DNA of 64,000 nucleotides, taken from the NCBI GenBank assembly GCA_021787535.1, contig JAJYLR010000001.1, positions 211,648 to 275,647 on the forward strand. The letters are read 5' to 3'. A program made the translations under genes and the position numbers. How positions within the stretch are numbered: the first letter of the stretch is position 1; the number at the start of each line of letters is the position of its first letter. This document shows, in pieces, positions 34,168 to 45,696 of this stretch. A model generated the notes under the pieces. That model did no database searches. It saw only the letters and a list, made by a program, of their open reading frames with translations, and was not told the DNA's origin. This stretch comes from a bacterium. Lineage in GTDB: Bacteria > Patescibacteriota > CPR2 > UBA1875 > JAJYID01.

Positions 34168-36512
34168 AAATACCGGTTAACTGGCTAAAAGAATATGTAG
34201 ATTTTGATCTTTCCGCAGAAAAACTGGCGGAAAAGCTGACTTTGTCCGGCTCGGAGGTTGATGAGATCCTTGGCGGTGCCAACTTTAAAAATGTTGCGGT
34301 CGGAGAGATTTTGGAGATCAAAAAACATCCGAATGCCGATAAACTTCACATCTGCCAGATAGATGTCGGCGAGAAAAAGCCCCGTCAGATAATTTGCGGC
34401 TCGCTTTTTACAGTTGATGTTGGTGATAAGGTGCCGGTTGCGCTTGCCTCCACAAAGGTTGGTCATTTAAAAATAGAAAAATCAAAACTTAGAGGTGTGG
34501 AATCATACGGTATGATCTGTTCGGACGAAGAGTTAGGCATTGAGGGTGGTGGTCTAACATTTTTTGACAAAAGAGTTAAAAACGGGACGGATATAAACAA
34601 GATTTTTGGTGCTAGTGCTGTTTTAGATATCGATCTTACGCCAAATCGTTCGGATTGCTACTCAATAATAGGAATGGCCAGGGAGACGGCGGCTACGCTT
34701 GGCATTAAATCAAAAATCGAGGAGCCAAAGGCGGTCAAAACGCAATCTGATAAAAAAATGAAGGTAGAGATTCAAGACAAAGATTTATGCCCAAGGTATA
34801 TTGCTAAAGTCATTGAGGGGGTCACGATTGCTCCTTCTCCGGATTGGATGCAAAAAAGATTAATTGCGTCTGGCATTCGGCCTATTAATAATGTTGTTGA
34901 TGTAACCAATTATGTTTTGCTCGAGTGGGGTCAGCCATTACACGCTTTTGATTTAGATAAGTTGGCCGGCAATAAAATTATCGTCCGAAAAGCAAAGAAT
35001 AAAGAAAGAATAGAAACTTTGGATGATACTTTTCGCGAGCTTGACCCAAAAGATTTAGTGATTGCAGATACAAGCGGTCCTATAGCTGTTGCCGGAGTGA
35101 TGGGAGGAGCAAGTACTGAGGTATCTTCCAGAACAAAAAACATAGTTTTAGAGTCAGCGAATTTTGACAGGGTTTCAATAAGGAAAACCGCGCAAAAGTT
35201 AAAACTCCGCAGTGAATCGTCCAGCCGTTTTGAGAAAGGTCTTCCTTTGCATTTGCAAGAGGTGGCGATAGAAAGAGCGGCACAGTTGATACTGGAATCG
35301 GCTGGCGGTGAAGCAGGTGAAAATGTTGAGGTCATTTCAGGACAAGTTGAGGTTGAGACGGTCAAGATGGACATCAAAAAATTTGAAAAATTTGCCGGCA
35401 TCAAAATCCCCGCAAAACAGATCTTGTCTATTTTAGCTTCTTTGGGTTTTGAATGTAAGCAAACAGGTGACACATTGAGCGCTAAAGTACCGTGGTGGAG
35501 GCTTGACGCGTCAATCCCCGAAGATTTGTATGAGGAAATAGCCAGAATTTACGGTTACAACAACATGCCGTCTACTTTGCCTGAAGGTGAGATACCGCTG
35601 CCGGATAAAAATCTAAAGCTTGAAATGCTCGCACAGATTAAAGAATTATTAGTCGGTGCAGGATTGAGCGAGGTGATCAACTACTCGTTTACCTCGAGAA
35701 AAAATATCGATCTTCTTTCAGGTGCTGAAAATACTCTGAAAATTACAAATCCGATTTCTCCTGAGTGGGCGTATATGCGTGCCGGACTTACGGGTTCGCT
35801 TCTTGAGAATATCGCGCTTAATCAAGACAATTATGGAAATATTCAAATATTTGAAGTCAGTAATGTTTATTTGAAGGATAAGGATCTATTCCAAGAAAAG
35901 AATTTGCTCGGCATCGGCATCAGTGGTTCAATAAAAAATGGAAGCTTGTTTTTTTCCATAAAAGGTATCTTGGAACTGATAGCAGAAAAGTTGAATGTAA
36001 AAGATATTAAACTGGAGGTTGCCAACATACAATTGCTCGAGGCGGGGCGCTCTGCTTCTATTATAGCTGATGGCCGGGTTATAGGTTATGCCGGAGAAGT
36101 CTCAGATCAAGCAAAGAAATTTTTTGGCATAAAACATGAGGCGGCAGTTCTAGAAATTGATATACAATTGCTTTTGAAGAGTTTTGGCAATGCGAAGCAA
36201 TATGAACCATTTTCCAAATTCCCAGTTTCAGAAAGAGATTTGACCATTGTTTTTGATGAGGAAGTTAAAATCTCGAAAATTTTAAAAGTCATCGACTCAT
36301 TAAATGTAAAAATCCTTGTAAAGCGGAAAGTTGCCGATATTTATCGCGGAAAAGAACTGGGCAGCGGCAAGAAAGCTGTCTCCGTCGGGTTGATTTATCA
36401 GTCGAAGGAGCGAACACTTGAAGAACAGGAAATAGAAAAAGCGCAAAAAGAAATCATAAAAAAAGTTAAGGAAAAGGTCGGAGGGAAAGTCAGAGGTGAA
36501 AAAGACAGCTAA
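34164..36512 (+). CDS. pheT: Phenylalanine--tRNA ligase beta subunit
   Basis: 782 aa. tRNA-binding N-terminal domain, B3/B4 and B5 regions, C-terminal FDX-ACB-like region. Confidence 0.85.
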   Translation: MKIPVNWLKEYVDFDLSAEKLAEKLTLSGSEVDEILGGANFKNVAVGEILEIKKHPNADKLHICQIDVGEKKPRQIICGSLFTVDVGDKVPVALASTKVGHLKIEKSKLRGVESYGMICSDEELGIEGGGLTFFDKRVKNGTDINKIFGASAVLDIDLTPNRSDCYSIIGMARETAATLGIKSKIEEPKAVKTQSDKKMKVEIQDKDLCPRYIAKVIEGVTIAPSPDWMQKRLIASGIRPINNVVDVTNYVLLEWGQPLHAFDLDKLAGNKIIVRKAKNKERIETLDDTFRELDPKDLVIADTSGPIAVAGVMGGASTEVSSRTKNIVLESANFDRVSIRKTAQKLKLRSESSSRFEKGLPLHLQEVAIERAAQLILESAGGEAGENVEVISGQVEVETVKMDIKKFEKFAGIKIPAKQILSILASLGFECKQTGDTLSAKVPWWRLDASIPEDLYEEIARIYGYNNMPSTLPEGEIPLPDKNLKLEMLAQIKELLVGAGLSEVINYSFTSRKNIDLLSGAENTLKITNPISPEWAYMRAGLTGSLLENIALNQDNYGNIQIFEVSNVYLKDKDLFQEKNLLGIGISGSIKNGSLFFSIKGILELIAEKLNVKDIKLEVANIQLLEAGRSASIIADGRVIGYAGEVSDQAKKFFGIKHEAAVLEIDIQLLLKSFGNAKQYEPFSKFPVSERDLTIVFDEEVKISKILKVIDSLNVKILVKRKVADIYRGKELGSGKKAVSVGLIYQSKERTLEEQEIEKAQKEIIKKVKEKVGGKVRGEKDS

Positions 36513-38130
36513 AGCAAACTCGGTCGACTCGATCGCAAAGAAAAAGCCATTTTTAGGAAGAATTAAGAGTTCTTCTGGGGTTGATGTGAGTCAAAATCAA
36601 GCTAAGGTTTCAAAAGATACGCCAAAAATTTTGACGGGCAAAAAAAAGTTCAAATTTCTGGAATTTAAAAAGCAAAAGCTCTTCTCGATACAGGGTGTCT
36701 TGCTGATTTTATTTTTACTGCCGATATTTTTCTTTGGCACGGTCTCATATGCCTATGAATATCATAATGAAGGCAGAATCTATGATGGTGTTAATGTCTT
36801 TGGCATTGATGCCGGTGGGAAAACTCCTCAGGAACTAGGCAAGCTGATCGATGCGAAAATTGCTCATTATAAAGTAACGATACAGGGGCCGAATCAGAAG
36901 TTTGAGGCTGCATATAACGACCTCGGGATTAACTATGATAAAGAGAAAATCGTTGACACTGCTTATGAATATGGGCGAGACGGCTCTGTGTTCACCAACT
37001 TTCTCAACAGGGCTAAAAGATTCTTTTCCCAGTACCCGATTACTCTTGGTTCGCACACCTATGCTTTGAAAAAATATAATGTCAATCTTGCTTATAAGCT
37101 AGATGAGAAAAAAATGGATGGATATTTAAGCGGTTTGGAGTCCAAGATTAATGTGGATCCTCAGGATTCGCAAGTAACAGCCCAAGGCAGTTCGATGCAA
37201 GTAGTGCCGGCTGTGTTCGGGAGAAAGCTTGAAACCGCTGACCTAAAAAATCAGATTTTAGCCGCTTCACTGCACTTTAGTACTCAGCCCATTACGATGA
37301 AAACCAATGTTACATCTCCTGCAATCATGGACGACAAAACTCGCGCTCTGGCAGAAGAAGCGGACAAAATTACTTCAAAAAGCGTTATCCTAACTTATCA
37401 AAATAAGGCCTACAATCCGCCAAAAAGCATTCTTGTATCTTGGATTACATTTACACGGTCTAGCGATCAGGCAAATTGGCAAATGGTTATAGACCAATCA
37501 AAAATGGCTTCATATTTTAGTACAATCGGCAAAGATATCAATGTCTATTCTACGACTCAAAAAATCAGGGTTGAAAATGAAACTAAAGAAATTGTGACCC
37601 AAGAAGGAAAAGACGGACTGATTATTGACCAATCAGCGCTTGGCAGCCAGCTTGCGGCAAAACTGCAGACGGATTCACAGGTGAACATGGCAATCCCCAT
37701 GAAAGTCGATCATTTTCAGACTACAAAAGATTATGTAGTTGTTGCCGACTGGGATAAATATATTGATATCAACCTTTCAACCCAGCATATGGACGCCTAC
37801 TTGAAGGGCGGACAAAGAGTCGGCAGCTGGGCTATAACCAGCGGCCGGGATAGCTTGCCAACCCCGACGGGACAGTTTCTGATTTTAAGAAAAGCTTATG
37901 ATGTTTGTATGCCCAACCCGCCGAGTACTCAGCCTCTTTGCGGAATTCATTATGTCAGTTACTTTACAGGTTCGGGTGATGCTATCCACGAAGCATGGTG
38001 GAGAAGTTACTTTGGTGGACAAGATTATCACTGGGATGGATCGCATGGCTGCATCAATGCAACTTACTCTATTGCCCAATATATTTATAATTGGGCTCCC
38101 ATCGGCACGCCGGTCACTATCCATTACTAA
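36496..38130 (+). CDS. Membrane-anchored VanW-like / L,D-transpeptidase (YkuD) domain protein
   Basis: N-terminal TM. C-terminal catalytic motif GSHGCINA (L,D-TPase His-Gly-Cys). GTG start overlaps the pheT end. Confidence 0.7.
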   Translation: MKKTAKANSVDSIAKKKPFLGRIKSSSGVDVSQNQAKVSKDTPKILTGKKKFKFLEFKKQKLFSIQGVLLILFLLPIFFFGTVSYAYEYHNEGRIYDGVNVFGIDAGGKTPQELGKLIDAKIAHYKVTIQGPNQKFEAAYNDLGINYDKEKIVDTAYEYGRDGSVFTNFLNRAKRFFSQYPITLGSHTYALKKYNVNLAYKLDEKKMDGYLSGLESKINVDPQDSQVTAQGSSMQVVPAVFGRKLETADLKNQILAASLHFSTQPITMKTNVTSPAIMDDKTRALAEEADKITSKSVILTYQNKAYNPPKSILVSWITFTRSSDQANWQMVIDQSKMASYFSTIGKDINVYSTTQKIRVENETKEIVTQEGKDGLIIDQSALGSQLAAKLQTDSQVNMAIPMKVDHFQTTKDYVVVADWDKYIDINLSTQHMDAYLKGGQRVGSWAITSGRDSLPTPTGQFLILRKAYDVCMPNPPSTQPLCGIHYVSYFTGSGDAIHEAWWRSYFGGQDYHWDGSHGCINATYSIAQYIYNWAPIGTPVTIHY

Positions 38131-38199
38131 GAGTTTGCGAAAGGTTTTGAAATTTGGTTAAGTTTGATAAAATAGAATGTGTTTTAAGGAGAAAACGAA

Positions 38200-38592
38200 A
38201 TGATTCCAAACAATAATCAACCGCTCGAGAATGCTGAATCTCAACCAACTTCGGCAGACGGGGTGCGCGAAAAACAAAGAGCGGAAGCCGCAGAACCTAT
38301 CAAACCGTCGCCGGCTCCCCGCAGCCAAACACAAAATAACCAGCCGGCTGATCTAAGCGCCTTGCAACAGACATCGCCTCCAACTCAGCCGCTTCAGCAA
38401 CCGGCAAATAATAATACCCCTGCCCAGTCCGTCGGCATAGCCGGCAAGGGCAGCGAGCCGTACATCAAAGCGGCGGAAAATGTTATGGAGAAAGACAAGG
38501 ATGATCCTTATCAGGAAGAAGAAGACCATGAAGATGTGCAGATTCAGTACCTGAAGGATAGGTTTGGGAAAGAAATAAAGAGAGGAGAATGA
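38200..38592 (+). CDS. Pro/Gln-rich low-complexity (probably disordered) protein
   Basis: 130 aa with PSPAPRSQTQNNQPADLSALQQTSPPTQPLQQP and an acidic C-terminus. Confidence 0.4.
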   Translation: MIPNNNQPLENAESQPTSADGVREKQRAEAAEPIKPSPAPRSQTQNNQPADLSALQQTSPPTQPLQQPANNNTPAQSVGIAGKGSEPYIKAAENVMEKDKDDPYQEEEDHEDVQIQYLKDRFGKEIKRGE

Positions 38593-38602
38593 GGTGTTAG
38601 TT

Positions 38603-38633
38603 TTTGTCATTCCCGCGCAGGCGGGAATCCAGC
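38603..38633. repeat. Hairpin repeat, minus orientation (TGTCATTCC-cgcgcaggcgg-GAATCCAG)
   Basis: Reverse complement of the GGATTCC...GAATGACA family. Confidence 0.65.
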
Positions 38634-38871
38634 CAGTTGATATAATATTTTTCTACTTTTTTAGAAAAAGTAGAGCAAAAAGCGCGATTAGACGGTCTCT
38701 CAAAGGTTCAAATAAGACTCGTTCATCTTTGAAAAACCACAACTCCTTATCAGTCGGGGATAAACCCAAGTGGTCTTTCCAAAGTATCACTCGTCTTATT
38801 CTCATCTTTTCGATCCGTGATAGTCGCAAGAGAGATACCATAATCTCGAAAATGATTTATAAATAACAGAT

Positions 38872-41382
38872 ATGTTTATCATTATAACAGGAGGGATTTT
38901 ACTCATTGTTGCAGCCGCGGCGGGCTTTATTTATTTCTATAAACGTACTAACGCATACAAGAAACAAATTGAAAGATCTCTGAAAATCGTTCCCTTAATG
39001 GTTCGGGTTCCGCGCGAAATGGGAAGTAAAGAAAAAGCCACCCAAAACCGAGATGATCGCGATGTCGGCCGGGAAATAATCTCATTTATGGAGACTTTCT
39101 ATGCTAATCTCTCTGTGATTTACAAAAGAGGTTTTAAAGATATCCATCATAATCTTCTTTATGGCCAGAGACACATTGCGCTTGAGATTATTGCTAAGGA
39201 CAAAGATATCTTTTTTTACATAGGCGTGCCTATTACCCTCCTGGATATGGTCGAAAAGATGCTCTCTTCGCAATATCCGGATTCAGTGATAGAGGAAGCG
39301 GAGGAGCATAATATTTTTTCAAAAGATTGGCGGAAAATGGGTGTCTGCGGCGGACAAATGAAGCTTTACAGATCTTTTATTTATCCCCTAAAAACTTATA
39401 AAACCATTGAAGCCGAGCCGCTGGAGTCTATTACTAACACCTTGGGCAAGCTTGAAATGGGAGAAGGGGCCGCTATTCAGATATTAATTCGTCCTGTACA
39501 TCCAAGAAAGATGTATAAAGGAAGAAACTTTGTTAAAAAATCTCAAAATCAAAAAAAAGGCGGCGGTTGGGCTGCGTCTTTTGCAAACACTTTGACTAAT
39601 AAAGATCAGAGTCCCCTAAATCAAGAGCCGGTCAGATTAACAGCCATGGAAGAAGAAGTAAATAAAGCGATTGAGGAAAAGGCGGGCAAACCGTCATTTG
39701 AGACAATTATTCGTTTTGTAGTTTCTTCGGGAACGCCGCATCGCAGTGAGATGATATTAAATGAGCTAAACGGTGCTTTTGCCCAGTTTAACGACCAAAA
39801 TCTAAACAGTTTTCGTTTTCGAAGAGAGCAAAACGTAAATCAATTGGTCACTGACTATATATTCAGATTTTTCGAGCATAAGATTTTTTCTGTCAAAAGG
39901 ATGTTTTTTGGCGGTTTCATTGGCCATAAAAACATTTTAAATACCGAAGAACTAGCCGGTATTTTTCATCTTCCGAACTATCTTATTTCTTCTCCCGGAA
40001 TCAAATGGCTGCCGGCAAGAAGAGTAGAAACTCCCTTAAATCTACCTAAAGAGGGCACCATTATTGCCAAAACTCATTATAGAGGCCAGGAAGAAACAGT
40101 GAGATTAGCTGAAAATGATAAGCGTCGCCACGTCTATATTCTAGGCCAGACCGGCACCGGCAAGACAACCACCATGTTAAACATGATTATCGATGACATT
40201 CATCACGGAAAAGGAGTGGCGTATATTGATCCCCATGGCGACGCTATCGATGATATTCTTGCTAAGATTCCCAAAGAAAGAGCTGAGGATGTAGTGATCT
40301 TTGACGCCGGTGATGTGGAGCGGCCGATGGGATTAAATATCTTCGAAGCGAAAACTATCGAACAGAAAGATCTGGTGATTCAGGAAGCGCTGCAAATCCT
40401 CTACCGGCTCTATGATCCGAACCATACCGGCCAGATCTTCGGGCCGCGTTTTGACCATTGGCTTAGGAATGCCGCCTTAACTTTGATGGCGGATCCGGAG
40501 GGCGGAACATTTATTGAAGTGCCGAAGGTATTTTCGGATGATAAATTCCTGGCGCATAAGCTGAAATATGTAGAAGATCCGGTAGTCAGAAGCTTCTGGG
40601 TTGATGAGATAGGCAAAACCAGCGACTACCATAAATCTGAGATGATGGGATACTTTATTGGCAAGTTTGGAGCATTCATGACCAACACCACCATGCGCAA
40701 CATTATCGGCCAGCCAAAATCTTCTCTAAATTTGCGCGAAATCATGGATACGAATAAGATTCTGCTTGTTAACTTATCTAAAGGGCGTATTGGCGAACTG
40801 AATATGCGTCTGCTTGGTATGGTTTTTGTTGTTAAACTGCAGATGGCTGCCATGTCGAGGGTGGAAATGCCGGAAGAAGAACGCAAAGACTTCTATCTTT
40901 ATGTCGATGAATTCCAGAATTTTCTCACGGAATCTTTTGCTCAAATTTTATCCGAGGCCAGAAAGTACAGATTATCCCTCATTGTGGCCAATCAGTTTAT
41001 CGGCCAGCTGACTGACGAGATCAAAAATGCAGTCTTTGGCAACGTAGGAACAATTATTAGTTTCCGCGTCGGTCCGGAAGATGCCGAGTTTATGTCCAAG
41101 CAGTTTGAACCGGTATTTACCCAGCAAGATTTAATTAATATCGAAAACTATAATGCGGCCATTCGCTTGATCATAAATGGCATACCATCCCGTCCGTTTA
41201 ATATCATCGGCTTCCCGCAAATTGGTGTGGCTGATCAGTCGGTGGGAAAAGCCATCCGAGAACTTGCTCGGCTTAAATACGGGCGTCCGCGGGAAATTGT
41301 AAACAGAGAAGTTCTGGCCCGCATGTCCATCGGATCCATGTCGACAGTTACAGAAACCATGCCGAGAGACACAGGGATCTAG
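38872..41382 (+). CDS. FtsK/HerA/VirD4-superfamily P-loop ATPase resembling a type IV coupling protein (TraD/TraG/VirD4-like) with an N-terminal TM anchor
   Basis: Walker A GQTGTGKTT followed by YIDPHGD. Walker B LYVDEFQNF. C-terminal ANQFIGQL...GNVGTIISFRV. 836 aa. Confidence 0.6.
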   Translation: MFIIITGGILLIVAAAAGFIYFYKRTNAYKKQIERSLKIVPLMVRVPREMGSKEKATQNRDDRDVGREIISFMETFYANLSVIYKRGFKDIHHNLLYGQRHIALEIIAKDKDIFFYIGVPITLLDMVEKMLSSQYPDSVIEEAEEHNIFSKDWRKMGVCGGQMKLYRSFIYPLKTYKTIEAEPLESITNTLGKLEMGEGAAIQILIRPVHPRKMYKGRNFVKKSQNQKKGGGWAASFANTLTNKDQSPLNQEPVRLTAMEEEVNKAIEEKAGKPSFETIIRFVVSSGTPHRSEMILNELNGAFAQFNDQNLNSFRFRREQNVNQLVTDYIFRFFEHKIFSVKRMFFGGFIGHKNILNTEELAGIFHLPNYLISSPGIKWLPARRVETPLNLPKEGTIIAKTHYRGQEETVRLAENDKRRHVYILGQTGTGKTTTMLNMIIDDIHHGKGVAYIDPHGDAIDDILAKIPKERAEDVVIFDAGDVERPMGLNIFEAKTIEQKDLVIQEALQILYRLYDPNHTGQIFGPRFDHWLRNAALTLMADPEGGTFIEVPKVFSDDKFLAHKLKYVEDPVVRSFWVDEIGKTSDYHKSEMMGYFIGKFGAFMTNTTMRNIIGQPKSSLNLREIMDTNKILLVNLSKGRIGELNMRLLGMVFVVKLQMAAMSRVEMPEEERKDFYLYVDEFQNFLTESFAQILSEARKYRLSLIVANQFIGQLTDEIKNAVFGNVGTIISFRVGPEDAEFMSKQFEPVFTQQDLINIENYNAAIRLIINGIPSRPFNIIGFPQIGVADQSVGKAIRELARLKYGRPREIVNREVLARMSIGSMSTVTETMPRDTGI

Positions 41383-41543
41383 TCTATAAATAACTTTGAT
41401 TTCCTTTTGTTTTTCTATGTTTTGTGCTAAAATAATTTTGCATTAGGGAGGAGGGATTAAATATTCGACTCCCTTTTTGAGTTCCTGTTTAATCCCATCT
41501 TAGTAAAAATATTTCTGTAGCAATTCAACCTAAAGGAGTTTCG

Positions 41544-42929
41544 ATGACGGATGCAAGCAAGTTCACCTGCGTTAGTCCGATAGATTATCGGTATGACTCT
41601 CCGGAGTTGGGCGAGTACTTAAGTGAAGAGGCCTTCACTGAGTATAAGCTTCGTGCCGAGATAGCTCTTGTTGAGGCACTGACGGCTCGGGAAATCTGTC
41701 CATTAGAGGCAAGGAACGAGATTGTTGACGCTAAATGGCAGGTTACAGTCAAAGAGGTATATGAGGAAGAGGATCGCAATCACCACGATATCCGAGCGCT
41801 TGTGAACTGTATTCAACGGCGAGTGAGTGATCGCGCTAAGCCATATGTTCACATGTCGGCTACGTCTTTCGATATCTCAGATACGGCCAATGCGGCGAGA
41901 TACAAGGATGTAATGTTTGATGTTTTTCTTCCTAAGCTGAATCAGCTTGAAAAGGCGTTGATCGAACTGAGTTTGCGTGAGGCAAACACTGCTCAGATTG
42001 GCAGAACTCATGGCCAGCACGCTGTCCCGATCACCTTCGGCTTTGCCATTGCTCTCTATGTTGAACGAATCGGCGGCTGTATCGTGGAAATCAGGAAGGC
42101 AGCCGAACAGATAGTCGGTAAGTTTTCGGGTGCTGTCGGCGCTTACAATGCGTCCTCGCTTTTCTTTGACGATCCGAAGGCATTCGAAGCAGAGGTTCTT
42201 CAAGGGATGGGCCTTTTCCCGGCGGGGCATTCGACCCAGATTGTTCCTCCAGAGTCCAGAACTCGTCTCTTTAATGAGATCTGCATATTGGCGTCAGTTT
42301 TGGCTAATTTGGCCGACGACATGCGCCATCTACAGAGGTCGGAGATCGGCGAAGTAGGTGAGCCGTTCGAGAAGGATCAGGTTGGGTCATCGACAATGCC
42401 CCAAAAACAAAATCCTATCAACTTCGAGAACGTGAAGTCAATGTGGAAGATCGTTTACGGACTCCAGCAAACAATGCTACTCGATCAGATCAGCGAGCAT
42501 CAGCGCGATCTCACCAACTCGGCATCCGGACGGACCTACGTCGAGATTATTGGTTATACCTATTCTATGGTAAAGAGGATGATTCGGGTGATGAGTAGGA
42601 TAACTGTCAACAAGCAAAACATGGAGTGCAACCTTGCCAGTCAAGGTGAAGCGATCCTTTCTGAGCCGCTCTATATCATCCTTGCATCACTCGGTCACCC
42701 TGATGCCCACGAGAAAGTCAGGATGTTGAACCAGCGCGCTTACGCCGGTGAGGATAATTTCGTCAAGCTGATTCATTCGGACAAGGAGCTTGCACCCTAT
42801 ATTGCTCGGATGAGCGATGAGCAGAGAGTGATCCTTTCCGATCCGCACAAGTACACGGGTATATCGGCTGAAGCCGCTAAATCGACAGCAACCAGATGGA
42901 AAAAGAAGCTGAGGAGAATTGAACGGTAA
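41544..42929 (+). CDS. purB: Adenylosuccinate lyase-like (fumarase/aspartase class II family) enzyme
   Basis: Family signature GSSTMPQKQNPI. SPIDYRY N-terminus resembles PurB SPLDGRY. AAAGGAG RBS. Confidence 0.65.
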   Translation: MTDASKFTCVSPIDYRYDSPELGEYLSEEAFTEYKLRAEIALVEALTAREICPLEARNEIVDAKWQVTVKEVYEEEDRNHHDIRALVNCIQRRVSDRAKPYVHMSATSFDISDTANAARYKDVMFDVFLPKLNQLEKALIELSLREANTAQIGRTHGQHAVPITFGFAIALYVERIGGCIVEIRKAAEQIVGKFSGAVGAYNASSLFFDDPKAFEAEVLQGMGLFPAGHSTQIVPPESRTRLFNEICILASVLANLADDMRHLQRSEIGEVGEPFEKDQVGSSTMPQKQNPINFENVKSMWKIVYGLQQTMLLDQISEHQRDLTNSASGRTYVEIIGYTYSMVKRMIRVMSRITVNKQNMECNLASQGEAILSEPLYIILASLGHPDAHEKVRMLNQRAYAGEDNFVKLIHSDKELAPYIARMSDEQRVILSDPHKYTGISAEAAKSTATRWKKKLRRIER

Positions 42930-42957
42930 TCCATACTCCTTAATAAGCTGTTTTACG

Positions 42958-42986
42958 GAAGCCGCTTCGTGAGAGGCGGCTTTTTC
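42958..42986 (+). terminator. Rho-independent terminator
   Basis: gccgcttc-gtga-gaggcggc followed by TTTTTC. Confidence 0.7.
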
Positions 42987-43201
42987 ATTCAATTTAATAA
43001 AGATTTTCCTTGATTTTTCTTTGTTTTTGGCTTTAGTTTGTGCTAAAATAAATATAGTTGCGGAAGCAGCAAATTTTCAAAAAATCTCTCATTGACTCGG
43101 GGTGGTTGTAACTCATAAAAATACCTTGCTATAAGCAAAAAGAGGGATGTCCAAGGTTAGGATATTAGTTTAAGTTATGTTAATTTGAAAATTTGATTTT
43201 A

Positions 43202-45292
<2,091 letters not shown>

Positions 45293-45293
45293 A

Positions 45294-45695
45294 ATGAATG
45301 AAACGGGTGATAAATTACATTCAAATGAAGTTGATAAAAAGGAAGCTTTAGCGATAGCAAAAACATTGCTTGTAACAACAGAAGGAAAAACAGTTCGGCT
45401 AATTGATGCGTGTGAGTACGTACTTCAATTGATAGAACAGAAAGATAAGCCCACTAAGAATGATCTTGAAGTTTTACATAAATTAGCAGAATTTATAGCA
45501 AATATTGTTGATAGAGGTAATAAAGTTGAATATCAAGATTTTAGGGAATATGCGAAGCTCGTAATGGATATAAAAAAAGGTGCAGGTATAGAAGTTGACC
45601 CAGACGAAGTTTATAAATTTACAGAAGTTAAAAAATTAGATGAATTATATGATAATTCTCCTAATACTGAACCAGTAATTAGGAATGAGGAATAA
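45294..45695 (+). CDS. Small acidic, AT-rich hypothetical protein inserted between gyrB and gyrA
   Basis: ATG 1 nt after the gyrB stop. Its 3' end supplies the RBS for gyrA. Strongly AT-biased codons relative to the flanking genes. Translation [17 protein letters not shown]... Confidence 0.5.
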   Translation: MNETGDKLHSNEVDKKEALAIAKTLLVTTEGKTVRLIDACEYVLQLIEQKDKPTKNDLEVLHKLAEFIANIVDRGNKVEYQDFREYAKLVMDIKKGAGIEVDPDEVYKFTEVKKLDELYDNSPNTEPVIRNEE

Positions 45696-45696
45696 A

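Noticed and set aside
38594-38866. 90-aa plus-strand ORF starting right after the P/Q-rich gene
   Set aside because: Begins within a hairpin repeat and has no RBS. Likely non-coding 5' leader of the downstream ATPase gene.
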